Shown piece after piece: positions 1-37,359 of a DNA stretch of 64,000 nt. The first letter of the stretch is position 1, and each line of letters begins with the position of its first letter. The translations under genes were made by a program, and so were the position numbers. Below the pieces are notes generated by a model. The model made no database searches. It was not told where the DNA came from and saw nothing but the letters and a program-made list of their open reading frames with translations. The DNA is from Amoebidium appalachense (lineage: Eukaryota; Protista; Ichthyosporea): contig CAVNZM010000011.1 of NCBI GenBank assembly GCA_963693365.1, positions 1 through 64,000 on the forward strand. The letters are read 5' to 3'.

Positions 1-2
1 CG

Positions 3-288
3 CCCGGGTATAATTGATATTGGCAATACGTCTATAATGCTAGCGCAATAGTAATGCAATGGCAATGTAATGGCACTCTAATGTATTGGCGATATTGATG
101 TAACATATACTGGATAATATATTCATATCAGCGGGATATCGACAATAGAGGGTATTGGTACTGTATTACCATTGACAATACCAAAGCAATATTATTGCAA
201 TATGGCGTTCCTATTGGCGGCAAGGGGTTCTATTGCCAATATCGCCAATAGCGCCAATAGCAAAAAATACGTTGGCAATACTTCCGGG
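3..288. repeat. AT-rich element built from ATTGGC/GCCAAT/GCAATA motifs in both orientations; possible MITE remnant
   Basis: Many copies of attggc, gccaat, gcaata and tattgc. Begins cccggg and ends ttccggg, giving only a weak terminal inverted match. Confidence 0.3.
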
Positions 289-1383
289 AAGTTTGCTGAT
301 GCTGTTAAATTATATAAGTATTTGGGACGGAAGCAGAGACACAGTGGTGCAGTGTGAAAACACCACAGACACACAACAACAAAACACGGAACGATCGGAG
401 CAGTGTACACAACGGACATCAATGTTAAGACACGACTACAAGTATTCAAACACACTGGAGATCGATGTCATAATTTACGTACAAGAAGCGCATCTTTTAC
501 ACTAAGTAGTTGAACGAAAACATAACACGAACTGAGAAGATCTTACAATATGTAGATACTACGTATTACAACAGGGAATCCACAGAGTGGAAACCTACGA
601 ATGTTTTATATTTGCATCTGGCTTACGCCACGGCCCTCTGAAAAAAGAGGGCCGTGCTTCAGCACCTGCGGTGTAAGAGTTTACGGTGTTTCAAGCCGAT
701 GCGCGCTCTACCAATCATCTCCCTTCACATGCAAGAGACTGAGCCTCTTTGTGCCGGCGCTGAGCACAACAAGTGCCATGCATGCATCCCTCCTTGCACA
801 TTGCACGTGTCCATGTGTATATGTACCATCAAGCCATGTACAGTCCTTGTCCTGGCCCACTCCCACCCAAAAATGTCTATGAATCCGCAATTGCAGGCGC
901 TCATGCGCACGCTCAAGCAAGTACATGGCATTGCACGGGAAGAATGAATCACGATCATGTCGATCACCTCGGAGTCCAAACGTCCCCCTTGTACTCATCG
1001 GCTCTGCCGTAAAATGCTGCAAGACATCCCGAAAATTCCATCAAAGAATACAGCGTGAAGGTGAAACGACGAGGACGCTTGGAAGGTATGCCGTAGATGT
1101 GGCAAATTGAATGAGGGAAACAACTGGAAACAACTGGGTAATACAAGGGAATTCGAGCTGTGTGCCATTTTACCAACGCACGTACACGCATCAGTGCACA
1201 AACAAACACAGCACAACATTGCATGCACACACATCAGAATGAAAAAATACACACACAGTGTCACACAATTCCACACACATACACACGAACACACACTAAC
1301 CCACCATGTGCACGGATACACGCGCACACACCGATTCAAACACACTCACACACAGCCTCAGCCTCTACCCACACAGTGGCACG

Positions 1384-1385
<2 letters not shown>

Positions 1386-1448
<63 letters not shown>

Positions 1449-1527
1449 CGCACACACACATGCACACGCACACGCACACACACGCACACGCACACACACA
1501 CACACATACGCGCGCGCACACAGATAC

Positions 1528-1624
<97 letters not shown>

Positions 1625-1633
1625 ACACACACA
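1386..1633. repeat. (CA)n microsatellite, representative of dozens of (CA)/(TG), (CT) and poly-C/G tracts across the window
   Basis: Read directly from the sequence. These tracts produce the HT/CV/LS/poly-P ORFs in the track. Confidence 0.95.
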
Positions 1634-2145
1634 CCAGTACACACATGTGCAACTTGAAAGCGCGAGTGCACGCGTACACATACACCTGCACACACACACC
1701 TGATGCAACACCCACATAGGTGCCTCACAAACCGTGTAAGGCACTCAGCGTCACTACTGTAACACTTGCACACATCATGCACACGGCTTATTCTTTCTGT
1801 TTTACTAAGTTGCTATTCTAAGGAAAAGTGCTTAGTAGCCGATATGTAAAGGGCTATAAGTCCAGGTTGTCGCTGCACGTATTATTTCCTTGAATGATTT
1901 TGTGTGTCGCAACTATTGTACAGCAAAGTTAGGGGACGTTTCTGAAGCATATGCCACTGGGCAAATGCCGGGAACCTTTTAATATTCTGGAGGCTGCCTA
2001 AGACCCACTGTAGTACTTCAACTGTAATGCATTAGGGGTATCACATAGGGCATGGATTCATGTGTCCTGTGTGGAAGACCAGAGGCCTTACGGTACCCGG
2101 TGACCCAGGGCCACGTTGTCTTCTAAGGAGTTGGGAGGGCTAGGG

Positions 2146-2290
2146 AAAGTTGATTAATAAAACATTGGAGAATTAAAAGGAAGGTTACCACATATAGGTG
2201 GTGAAATGGAAAAAAAATAGCTTCTTGACCGTCACCAAGTGGGGGTTGCTGGGAACAAAGTAGTAAGGGAAGCTTGGCTTTGAAACGGAG
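2146..2290 (+). mobile_element. Possible degenerate LINE fragment
   Basis: Purine-rich block reading KELGGLGKVD then stops. GGLG resembles the LINE RT thumb motif (inference). Confidence 0.25.
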
Positions 2291-2296
2291 GGGAGA

Positions 2297-2334
<38 letters not shown>

Positions 2335-2499
2335 ACCCCCACACAGCGTGTGCGCCCACAAGCACACCATCCGATCACACGCGTCACAAATGAGCCATGC
2401 GTATCTTCACACACATAAACCACACACGCACACGAGGTCACGGTGCGCATAAAGCAGTGATGAGTAACTGAACATGCACATGCAGATACACCAATCACT

Positions 2500-2550
<51 letters not shown>

Positions 2551-2631
2551 TCGATTGCTGGCACCCCCACGCATGCGCCCACATGCACCCGAACACTGCA
2601 CGGTGAGCACGATTATGTCACACTGCTTCCA

Positions 2632-3555
2632 ATGATTCCTAGTTTAGTGATAGTCGACCGTATCGCACACAGGTTGCACGTGGGTGGGGTCAAAGGAGAC
2701 TACCACCAGCCCAGGTGGGTGCCCCCCGTCCCCCCCCCCCCCCCCCCCCCAAGGGGGGGAAGGGAGGGAGGGGGAGGAGAGGGGGGACCCACCCACCTGC
2801 TCCCCCCTCCGGCTGTCCAAATTCATCCCCCCCCCTTCTCCCCCCTCCCCCCCCCCGCCGAGCTCCTTGTAAACATCTGTACACGCCGTACATGTTTACT
2901 ATTACGAATATACTGTACATATCATAGTGATCACGTAGATATTGTGTACATATGATCAGATCAATATCACACGCGACAGCCGCGGGCTGCGGCTCACGAC
3001 TGAGCCGCGGCGCCGGCAATATGCAGTAACCGTGCAGTCAGTACGAACCAATAGGAATTCGAGAACCGCTAGGATAGGAATGCAAGTCTCATCCACTACG
3101 GAGGCGACATCTATAGCTAAACGAACGGAACCAATAAGGAAATCAGACCCAGTTGCATAAACCTAAACGGGCTTAAGTGTTAACCAATCATTTGCCACAA
3201 AGTTATCCTTTTAGTTAGCTTCATGTTATTGGTGCACTGTGTGCACATAAAGACGACCGCAACTTCTGACTGGTCAGAAGTGACGAAGGCATCAATGCCA
3301 CCCATCCAGATGATCCGGAACCTGGGGGCTATATAAACAACTTGAAGCCGTCCCAGTACGGGGGATCACTCTGAACGAGCACATTAAATAGTAACCGTTC
3401 TCTGTCTTTATTCTGATTCAGTTGTTCTCTGCCTTATCCCAACTAGTTCAACTGTTTACACTCCTTCAAGAATTCCTAGCTAAGACATGTACACAGAGAA
3501 GAATCTAAAAGGGAGTATGCCACGATATTCATAGCTCTTGTACGTACCCTCGGCA
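2632..3555 (+). pseudogene. Degenerate coding remnant, possibly the C-terminus of an RLE-type non-LTR retrotransposon, interrupted by the solo LTR
   Basis: MIPSLVIVDRIAHRLHVGGVK resembles the PD-(D/E)xK-type PDxVIVD...EVK motif. Removing the LTR and one TSD copy restores the frame AELLQEFLAKTCTQRRI. Confidence 0.3.
2868..3460 (+). mobile_element. Solo LTR (593 bp) of an LTR retrotransposon
   Basis: Starts TGTAAACA and ends TGTTTACA (8-bp perfect inverted termini). Flanked by the 5-bp direct repeat CTCCT at 2863-2867 and 3461-3465. Internal CCAAT boxes, TATATAAA at ~3330 and ATTAAA at ~3383. Confidence 0.9.
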
Positions 3556-4066
3556 TCCCTCCCTCTCTCCCTCTCTCTCTCCCCTCTCCCCCCCCCCCCC
3601 CCCCCCCTCTCCCCCCCCCCCTCCCCTCCCCTCCCCCCATCTCCCCTCCCTCCCCTCCCCTCCCCCCATCTCCTCCCCTCCCCCTTTTCCCCCACCCAAA
3701 TACCCACCCACCCAATTGGCTGGTAACCCTTGAACAACTAGGCCCGGGTATATACTGTGCCATACTATACGGTAGCACGTGACACACGCCCAGACTGAGT
3801 TGCTAATATGCACGTGCGTGCAAACACCTCGTGCAAGTGTGATTGTGTGAGTGTGTCTGCGACTGTGTGTTTGTGGGTGTGTTTCTGTGTGTGTGCGCGC
3901 GCGCTCACATGTGTGTACGTGTGTGTGTTTGTGTATATGCGTGTGTCACGTGCTACCGTTGCGTGCTTCCGAATGGCATGCCGGCCCGTGAATATCTACC
4001 AGCTAGTAATTTTTCATTTTTTTTCCCGATACCTGCGCACCCACGTAACACACAAACTTCTACCTC

Positions 4067-4244
4067 CTTGGACAACCTGGATAAATTTTCTAAATTCTAC
4101 AAACATGATGATATGGTCTGCTCTCCCCCTTGTTTTTCCGATCATCTTTTTTTTTTTTTTTTTTTTTTTGTTGTTGTGTTTTGTTTGGTCTCAATTCTGA
4201 GACGCTTGTTTAAAAGTTGTATGCTTTATCAACGGTTGCCCAAG
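4067..4244. mobile_element. Possible small MITE with imperfect ~20-bp TIRs
   Basis: Left end CTTGGACAACCTGGATAAA; right end reverse-complemented CTTGGGCAACCGTTGATAAA. No clean TSD. Confidence 0.35.
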
Positions 4245-5943
4245 TGATCACTATAATTAGTCCTGCCAACGGTTTTTTGGGTCTAATCATAATGATCATA
4301 GCTGTGTATTACATCTGCCAGTTACATCACTGTGACGTATTCTATGTATGTCACTACATATCCATGGGGTCCATGCCCGGCCACCGGACATGGGTGTTCA
4401 GGATGTCTCACTCCATTGTTACCAGACATGTAAGTGAGAGGCCTTCGAAGTGATGTGAATTCGAATAAGACGCGTTATTCGATTTGGACCGTGTGACGCA
4501 CAAGGAATGGGATCATTGCACTTATTGGCCGCTCCCTCCTCCGGCCAATCCGGAAACACAACATGTGCCCCTTATGCATGATATATGTACTATTATTTAC
4601 ATCATGATACGGACGGGAGCCACCCCTTACTAATGGTACCTACTACACGGCCACGGCAGCTAAAGCCACACACCTTACAGACACAGTATCTAAGACAACT
4701 CAAAAAGAAAAAAAAAGAAAAAAAGGAAGAGAGAAAGAAAGAAAGGAAGAAAAAAAAGGAGCTAATTAACCAGGTTGGGAGGGTGGTTGTATTACGTGTG
4801 TGACGTGAGCGCGCAGGTATTGGAAACAAAGTTGGGCAGTGAGAAAATCACCCGTGTTAAGGAGGAAGTCAATGTATTAATGATGGTAAAGTGTTGTGCA
4901 GAGGGACGAGAAGTGGATAGGTGGGTGAGGAGTGTGGAAGGGGGGCGGGTTGGTGCAATGGTAAGATCTCTGCGTGTCAAGCTCAAATTCGCAGGATCGA
5001 TCCTGGTTACTTCCGATTTTTGTTCTGCCTCGACAGGTCCACCGGTCTGCCCCCCCCCCTAGAAGCCACCACCCCAGACCACAAGCAGCACCACCAATTT
5101 GTTATCATCCAGCCGCAAGACATGACGTCATGAACAGCACCGGCCCTCTGACGTCGACGGCGCGCCGCTTGGGCATCCCGGCCCAACGTTCAAGTGGGAG
5201 ACCAATCCGAGTCACCGGCCACGGTTCGGGTCAGCGTCCTGGGCATAAATAAGGTCTTCCCGTTCAAGTCTTTATGTTTGTGTATGTGTTCCTGGGTCGC
5301 TCCCGGCTGGTGTTGTTGAAAGTGAGCTGTGCTCACTTCCCCACTAGCGTTGCTGCGGCTAGAACCGTGGGATAAGGCGTAACTAAAAATAGTGCCAGTT
5401 GGGGTCAATTAGAATACTGACTCCGATGGCATGAGTGTGCTATACAGTACGATCTGTGAAGGCGGTAAGCTCCCCTGAGGCAGTGCCTCGCCGGGAGTGA
5501 AACGGGATAAAATAAAAAATAAAAAAGGTGAGTGTGGAAGAAAAGGAAGCCTGGTTGGCTAGCGGAATAACGGGAAACACAATACACCGGCCCACCATGC
5601 TACGGCGTGTGACCCACTAGGGCACCACCGTCTAGGAAACATCAGGAACCGATTACCACGCCTCGAAGCCGAGAGCTTGCTACAGTTAACGTTGCTACGG
5701 GGTTGCAGAAAGAAAGAGAGCCTGCAGAGCCCGAATATTCGGAATTGTGTATAATTATGGCAGTTAATTTTTATTTTTTTTTAAAAAAAATAATAAAAAA
5801 TAAAAAAGGGAAAACACGAACAACGTACCAGATATGTTGGTGAGTGTGCGGCTTGTGCGCGCGTGTGCGTGTGCGTGTGTGCGTGGGTGTGTGGGTGGGT
5901 GTGTGTGTGTGTGTGTGTGGGTGGGTGTGTGTGGGTGTGTGTG

Positions 5944-5975
<32 letters not shown>

Positions 5976-6567
5976 CACGTGTTCGTGCGTGTGTGTGTGT
6001 GACGGTGTGTGCGTGTGCGTGTGTGCGTGTGTGCGTGTGTGTGTAAGTAGTGTCAAGTTGTCAACCTATTCCTCGAACCAATCACAACCGTTGGAATTCA
6101 TCATCTTAAGTTTTACTATGTTGGGTTGCATTGTTTAGTTGTGATTGGAGACAATAAACTTTTGGAATGCTTGGGCTGGTACTGGAATGTGTACTTGCCC
6201 TGCAGGGCTTGAAATTCGACAAACCCCGCAGCGGACAGGCTGCTGCGGACTCAGCACTAGTGCGCAGTTCGCGGACCCGGTACAAGGTGTACAAAAAAAA
6301 ATAGGAGGCCTTTCTTTTAGCTAAGGAGTCACCCAAACCCCACCCTGCAAATTAGTTCTTGCCACTTTGGAACTGAAACGTTGACAAGCCAGGCTTGCGA
6401 TTGTGAAGCCATGGGGCCAACCCAAACGTCTTTCGCCTTTCTGGACATCCCACACCAACACCAGCGTAATTAACCCTTCTCGCTCATGACAGTGTGGAAC
6501 TCCTTATTGTCATACATACTCTCTGCCTACACACCGCTCTCTTTGAAGCCCTCAATAATATATCGAA

Positions 6568-12572
<6,005 letters not shown>

Positions 12573-12673
12573 TTGGTTCTGTGGGCAACAATTTCTGATT
12601 GGTTCCTGTAGGCATTATGAATCGGTGCCATGTGCAGCCTGAATTTGAGAGCTGTGCCCTCTGGTGTGACCAG

Positions 12674-13100
12674 CAATAGCATCTCTAATATCATATTATG
12701 ATGCAATAGTATCTCTAATATCATATCATGATGCAATAGTATCTCTAATATCATATTATGATGCAATAGTATCTCTAATATCATATTATGATGCAATCGT
12801 ATCTCTAATATCATATTATGATGCAATAGTATCTCTAATATCATATTATGATGCAATCGTATCTCTAATATCATATTATGATGCACGAGTATTTCTGGCA
12901 TCGAGCATTTCTGGCATCATATCACAATGCACGAATATCTCTGGCATCATATCACAATGCACGAATATCTCTAGCATCATATCACAATGCAATAGTATTT
13001 GTGGCATCATGGCATATCACAATTCGAATATTCCAATAGTATCTCTATTATCAGGTCACAATGCATTGGTATCTCTAGCATATCACAATGCCTAGTTATC
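12674..13100. repeat. 30-bp minisatellite ATGCAATAGTATCTCTAATATCATATTATG downstream of the protease stop, decaying 3'
   Basis: Near-identical copies at 12700-12880, then diverged copies. Confidence 0.95.
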
Positions 13101-14415
13101 TCTACATGGTTATTGATAGTATCTGTAGCATTGTTAGCGACGTGTAGTATATCTCTAGCATGGTTATTAATAGTAATAGATTACTAGGCAGGACCTAAGG
13201 CCTACTTTGTAGTACTGGCCCTTTACGACATGGCTCGTTAATACTCGGAAAGTAGCAGACTGCCTTGAATTGGTGGGCAATCTTCTCCATTTTAGCAACT
13301 TGAACCCGGCCTGGCGCCACTGATTTTGCAATAATATAGCCGCATCATGTACGGGATACTGTGATGTGTGCATGTCAAAACACTGGAGATACATGAATAG
13401 TGCACGGCTCACGTGAGTACGATAATAAATATAACATCTGTAAGTTGTCCGGCATTGAATAACAGGGCCCTAGCTGACTCAAGTGTAAGTTCCTCGATCA
13501 GTACGTGGGCGAGCTAAGTATGCCACCCCACAACGCTTTGATTGGGGCATATCATGATATTAATGAATTAATTGCAATGGATCCCTCCCTCCCCCCCCCC
13601 CCCCCCCCTCCCCCCCCCCCCCCCCCCTCCCCCTCCCCCCCTCTCCTCCTCCCCATGGGCATACGTACATTCAACTAGTGCTCACAGCCAAGTTTTCCTG
13701 GGACTTGCAACACATCACTCTAGATATGGCCAGCCACAGGCCCAAGTTCTAAACGGGAAGGTGCAGCCTCTGAACCCAAAATGTGTCTCTTAGCTTGGGA
13801 GTCGAACATCCGTGCAGTGTGACAGGGACAGGCTATGTCGCGTGCATACGAGCACACAGCGGCACACACCCATATAGGACACACATATACACAGCTAATC
13901 GCACACAAACACCCTCCACGGGCATGCGCGACTCTGATACGCCACAAACCTTGCACCGACACACACACGAACATGCGGGTGTGCGGTGTCAGGTTACCTG
14001 TTTATTGATTGATCCGCATATATTTATTGTCTACTTATCATACAGCAGGGCCCCTTGTTCTGTTGTGCTATCTATATGTACAGGCTGGTGGGTCCATGAA
14101 CGTGGGCCACCCCCCCTAGAGGCTCTCTATAATAGCTCATACGGAGCTAGGGTAGGAGGGGTTTGCCCCGGGATTGGATGAACTTAGGCACAGGGGGGTG
14201 GGCATATGGCACGCACCCATCAGGGCCACCCACCAAGCCAGGTCTGGCCCAGTATGGCACATAAGACTACCTTTGCCCAAGTCGAACACCACTGACTAGG
14301 CACTGCCATTGTCTGCATCTAAAATAGACGGCCACAACCTCACTCTGCGCTGCCCTGCCCGTGTGTGCATGTCCAGAGCAGAACAGAGGAAGTAGGTGCC
14401 CATCTCCCATGGGGG

Positions 14416-14649
14416 CTACTCATCCCCCGCATCGGGCACCGACTGGATCAGCAGCCCCTGCACCGGCTGCCCTGCCCGTGCCTTCTTAGTGTACACGGCA
14501 GCGCCCTGCAGGCCGTAGGCAGACTCCAGGTTGCCCACAAACAGAAACGGGTACCTGCATGCGGCAATATGGGGTTAGGTTTAGGTTTGAGACAGAAAGG
14601 GTGCACATGGCAACATGGGGTTTGCGTGTGTGTGTGTGTGTGTGCACGC

Positions 14650-14686
<37 letters not shown>

Positions 14687-14690
14687 TGTT

Positions 14691-14766
<76 letters not shown>

Positions 14767-15906
14767 CGTGCATGTCTCCATGTGCAAGCTCCCCAAATCA
14801 TGTGTATGCCCGAAGCCAACAACATGCCGAGCATGCACATACTGAATCCTTGACAGCCCACTGCCCTACACCCATCAGAGAACATGTGGAAAAAAGAACA
14901 CTGCAGTCAACCTAAAGGCGCAACACTGCATATATCCGCAGAGTGTCACAGTGCTTTACAGTCACCACCTATTTCGACAACATGTTTCAACCTACCCGTG
15001 TGTGCTTCAACCTACCCCACTAGCAGTGTGTGTTTGAACCTACCCCGCTAGCAGTGTGTGTTTGAACCTACCCCGCTAGCAGTGTGTGTTTCAACCTACC
15101 CCGCTAGCAGTGTGTGTTTCAACATACCCCGCTAGCAGTGTGCGTTTCAACATACCCGGGCAATGACTGCAGTCTCTGTCCGTCGGCACGGAGCTTGGCC
15201 AAAAAGTCCCCCCATCGCTCACTGCAGGGTGAGTAGGAATGACCAAATTAGGCATGTGCCACTTCAGCAGCCAAAGTATGCCACACACTCTTCCCAGGCG
15301 GTGGGAGCATCCCCAAGGTCAATACATGGCCTACCAGCACGCACCCATCTTTCCATGGCCACTCTAGTGCTATGTTACAGACGACAACAAAGGCTGGCCA
15401 CTTGGGTCAGTTGCAACCACGATGCTAGTATGTATTAGGTGGCCCACCAGCCTAACCAGACAGCACTGCCAAACAGCAAAACTGGCTCGTGCAATGGTCC
15501 CTGTGTGGGCCCACTGCCAGGCCATGCAAATCATAAGTGCCTGCATGGGTCGGTGAATGCAGGCCTTGAGCCAGAGAAGGTAAACCCCCATCAACACACA
15601 CAAGCAGGCCACCCAGCATGGCCACATACCTGAGGGGGGCAGAGGGCACGCTGTCAGCAGTGAGCACGGCTGTGAAGTCCGAGTCTGTGCTGTGTGTGCC
15701 GACATATGTGTAGTCGAAGATCTCGCCTCTATCCCCAAAGTAGAAGTAGTTGATGGGGTCTGTGTCATCATATTCCTCCGTGGCCCCTCGCTTTATCTGT
15801 GAAGGGGTTGGGGGGGGGAGGAGATGTGATCATCTGCTTTCGTCATCTCTCCGCCATTCCAACAACCACCCTCTCCTCCTCACCCCCCCCCCCCCTCCCC
15901 CTCTCT

Positions 15907-15938
<32 letters not shown>

Positions 15939-16407
15939 ACCACCACCACCACCACCACCACCGCCGCCACCACCACCACCCACCCACGTACACCCCTCCA
16001 TTCACCCTCCCCGCATATCCAACAGGCCTTCGTTGTCAGAAATTGTATGGTTAGTCCCACCTCGAAAATATCCCCCCCCTTCCCCCAACCTTTAAATACA
16101 CTTCCCCCAACCTTTAAATACACATGCAAGCGCACACAGGTAGGGACACACACACACGGCATGCAAGCACATGCACCAAACACTCCCCCCCCCCAACACA
16201 CACAAAATGTACGGCGAAGGCAAACAAAGTGCACGATGAATAGATAATGGTGCACACACAGGGGGGTGGCAGGGCCGGCAACCAGCCAATCGGAGTGGCA
16301 AGAATCAAGCTTGTGGTTAGGCACATGCACACTTCTACGTATCTTCCATACACAAGGTTGACATTGCATATGACAAAGCCACACACATGCGCACACACAT
16401 ACACGGG

Positions 16408-16490
<83 letters not shown>

Positions 16491-18346
16491 CACACATGCA
16501 GCATGCAGCCCCCTTCCTTCCTCCCCCCCCCCCCCCCCCCCCACCCACCCACCCATCCACTTTTTGTCTGACAGAATGCCCTAATGTGCAGTCCAGGGTG
16601 CACACACTCAAGCACACAGCACGCACATACTCACATGCATATATGTGCGGTGCCTCACGTGCACACCCAGGCATGCACACTGCAAGCACGGCAAGCATAG
16701 ATGCACTGCACGCCGCATGCTACAAGCACACGAATATGAACATGCAGGTGCCCACACCCACACCACACACCCGTGCCACTTGTGCTGAACACCAAGACAT
16801 CTCAAAAAGTGTGAGCTTGCATGCGTGCACAGCGACTCACGACACCGGGCCTAGGATGTGTTGAAAGGAGAACCAAGGTGCACCCAGAGGAGAAACCCGC
16901 ACACCACGGCACGATAGTTCACCCACAGGCACACAGGCACACCCTAGCACCCCACCCACAGGCACACAGGCACACAGGCATACAGGCACACAGGCACACC
17001 CTAGCACCCCACCCACAGGCACACAGGCACAGAGGCACACAGGCACACAGGCACACCCTAGCACCCCACCCACAGGCACACAGGCACACAGGCACACAGG
17101 CACACAGGCACATAGGCACACAGGCACACCCCACACCCCACCCACCTGGTCCACCAGTGTGGCCGGCACGGTCAGACGCACCTCCCCTGCCACCGCCTTG
17201 TCCTCTTGCGTGCCTGCACGTGCCAGTTACCTTCCAGAAAGAGAAAAAGCCGCACAAGCTTAGCACAGTGCTTTCCCTTCAAGTGAACTAAGGCCTAATA
17301 CTTCCAACCTCCGACAACAATCACACCGGCACGTTACAACTAAATGCTCCCTTGCAAACAGAAGAATTAACGCTTGTCTCTTCGGCAGCATGTTGACAAA
17401 AGCCTCTTTTCTATGAAACCGGAAGGTGGGTAGCACTTGGTGGGCTGCAGGGCGTGTAAGTGCCACGGGTGGGAAGACGAAGGGCAATTGGGAGAGGGAA
17501 GAGGGGGGGGGGGGGGGGGGGGGCTCTACTTGAAGGTGTGGGGTCCAAGTGCTTTGCCAGGTCTCTTGCAGCACGGGTTAACGGGGTGGTGGGGTGGGTG
17601 GGGGCTGGCACGCTGCCGCCGTCAAAAAACCTGCCACCCTGGTCAGACAGGGCCCTCTGGGGGGGCTGCAGGACGGTGTCTGTGCCTGCCAGCCAGCAAC
17701 AGCACCAGACCACACACACAGTGCTGTAAACAGCCAAGAGGCTTGGGTCCTAGTGTTGGGCGGAGGGAGCATGTTGTATGGGCAGAAGGGGGTTGCGCTG
17801 CAGTGAGACAGAGAGATAGAGGGCTACTGTGCAAACGGACGTGCTGCTGCATGAAGGCCAACGTCGGTGTCTGCACGTAAAAGTCCCTTACAGCCAGTGA
17901 TCATGGGCTATATTTGACAAAGACCTTGCCCCTGCTTGCTGGGGGTCCATACCTGCGTGGGTCGGTGATGACCAGTGTTACCGTGCCTGGCCCAGTGCTG
18001 TATAGGCGCCAGCGCAGGGGAGGGCCGACAGCCTGGGGAGAGTCCTGTCCTGTCAGGCACTAGCACTTCTGCCACGCTAGAACCAACCCAACTACTCCGC
18101 CTGGTTGCTGTTTGAGAAGAGTATTGGGCCTAACTCTTTACGATAAACATGTAGTGGCGAAGGATGGGTGGTTTGAGTGGGGAGGGAGAGGGGGAGGGGG
18201 GGAGGGGCGGGGGGGGGGGGGGGGGGAGGGGGGAGGGGAGGGGAAGGAGGGGGGGGGGGGGGGGGGGGGGGAGGGGTGGGGGAGAGGGGGCTGCTTACCG
18301 CAGCGTTTACGGCGCCGCGCAGCAGGCGGGATGAAGCACGCAGCAT
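14416..18346 (-). CDS. Uncharacterised multi-exon protein with a predicted mitochondrial presequence
   Basis: Exon 18346-18299 [16 protein letters not shown]|gtaagc. Exon 18032-17953 [26 protein letters not shown]|gtatgg. Later exons: [22 protein letters not shown] (~17215-17147), [55 protein letters not shown] (~15797-15630), [22 protein letters not shown] (~15221-15156), [45 protein letters not shown] (~14554-14416). The last three join in phase. Middle exons are uncertain. Confidence 0.7.
14985..15155 (-). repeat. 28-bp tandem repeat starting exactly at an intron donor, each unit beginning GTA(T/G)GTT
   Basis: Minus strand reads ccc gg|GTATGTTGAAACGCACACTGCTAGCGGG GTATGTTGAAAC... GTAGGTTGAAAC..., ~6 copies. 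Confidence 0.9.
16920..17130. repeat. Intronic higher-order repeat of CACAGGCA
   Basis: Read directly. Confidence 0.9.
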
Positions 18347-18725
18347 GGCGACAGACGTGGGCACACTGCTCGGCCCCTTGGCTACCTCCGTGACAAAGCT
18401 CTTCTGTGTCTAAAGTTTCAAGGGTTGTCAGCTTGCAAGCAAGTTTGGTTATCATGAGCAGGCTGTTTGCGCCATAGTCAAGGCCTCCTAATCTCGCGCG
18501 CGCTTGCCATTTATGGGTTTCTGGCACCCGCTGATTGGCAGCGCCATGAAGGTGGCGCGCCGTGATCCACACGCACCAAAAGGAGGCCTTGCTGCTGGGT
18601 CACCCCACTCCGTCTGCAAGAAAGGTTGGCCCCCAACAGTCACCTTGGTGCCGGCTGACCACGACCTACCTGACTTGCATGGCTGTGGGCCGACCCACAG
18701 GCTGCAGTGTGTGCTGCCGTGCGCC
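18347..18725. promoter_or_regulatory. Putative bidirectional promoter (~380 bp between divergent ATGs) with a CCAAT box
   Basis: ATGs at 18346 (-) and 18726 (+). CTGATTGGC at ~18531. The interval lacks microsatellites. Confidence 0.55.
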
Positions 18726-28416
<9,691 letters not shown>

Positions 28417-29071
28417 CTCAGCCCGGTACACAATGTGGGACGTGGCCATGGTGCACCCACATGGCGTCAGCCCCCAGGCTGGCCCTGGGCCTAAGCAGAA
28501 AAATATAGCACAGTGCTGGCGGGCCCAGCACATAAGAAAGGCCGCATGGTCAAGGATGTTTGCACTACAGTGCTTGCAGCGTCTTTCTGCACCAATCGGA
28601 GCAAGGCAGGTCTTTGGGATGCAATTGGCTGGCGACGTGACTTTCTGAGCAAAGCAAACGATTCCTATATAGATTTCCCATTACCGACCAAAATCTGCTT
28701 GGTGCAGAAAGACGGTCCAAGCACAGTAACACATGTTGGCTTGTGTGCTACCGCTATATCTGGCGTGCATGTGTGGCGTGTTGGTCCATTTGTACACATT
28801 AGGATTAATATTTATTCGTGTACACACGGTGCTTGTAGAGAGTGCCCTGCATGGTGCTTTACTGCCTGCCTGCAGGCCTTGCACCAATGCGCATGTGCAC
28901 TGTGGTGTGTGCTGCTACAGTGAATTTAGGCTGAGTTGTTGGTGTTCGATCTACCGTGCTTGTGCCAAACCCACTGGCCTCGTACTCACCTTGCAGACTT
29001 CTTATTTATTAGTGCTGCAGCACCCTAGCCGCGACCAGAGACCACTAATGCTGCAGCACCAGTAGGTACCA

Positions 29072-36558
<7,487 letters not shown>

Positions 36559-37042
36559 GGTCGTGGCTGGCAGCGTTTGCTGCAGGCCTGTGCGCGGGGG
36601 AGAAGACTCAGCTGTGTGGCGTGTGTGGTGTAGGGTGTGTGGTTGAGGGTGCGTCTGTGTCCATGGTTGCTTGGGGAAACAAAACTGGCCTGGTGGGCGG
36701 CAGACGCAACACTTTGTAACCATCCGCCAGCCTTGCAGATCTGGCCCTGTGATTGGCTTATTGAACAGCTAATCATAGCCCGGGCCTGCAGCACACATGA
36801 ACTCGGAGTGCTCCGAGACTCACTGGGAAGTAAATACTACTAATAAGGAAGTCAACATGACTCAACCAGATTTGCCGATAAATTTTGTATGACACACACA
36901 CGCACGCACGCACGCACAGTGTTGCACACACGAATGCACGCACGCACGCACGCATACACACACACACACACACACACACACATAGTGCACACACGCGCGC
37001 GCACGCGTACGTGGCACACGCACAAACACACAGTGTACACAA

Positions 37043-37095
<53 letters not shown>

Positions 37096-37211
37096 TCTAG
37101 ACACACACACACACAAACACACACATGTGCACACATACACACACATCGTACACACACGCGCGCGCGCGAACACACACACACACACGCACACACACACACA
37201 CACACACGCAT

Positions 37212-37242
<31 letters not shown>

Positions 37243-37300
37243 CACACACACACATGTACACACACACATGTACACACACACACACGCACATGGACACACA

Positions 37301-37359
<59 letters not shown>

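Noticed and set aside
708-1022. C-type-lectin-like FWVGVG...WLDGT on the minus strand
   Set aside because: The resemblance is short, several frames are open, and no consistent exon structure was found.
5468-5510. Hammerhead-like CTGAGGC...GAAAC
   Set aside because: The core needs CUGANGA but this reads CTGAGGC, and I could not build a convincing stem II or III.
5100-5684. Second solo LTR (TGT...ACA, TATA-like and AATAAA motifs)
   Set aside because: Flanks CAATT and GTTAA do not form a TSD and only 3 bp of the termini are inverted. Probably repeat-derived but boundaries are unsupported.
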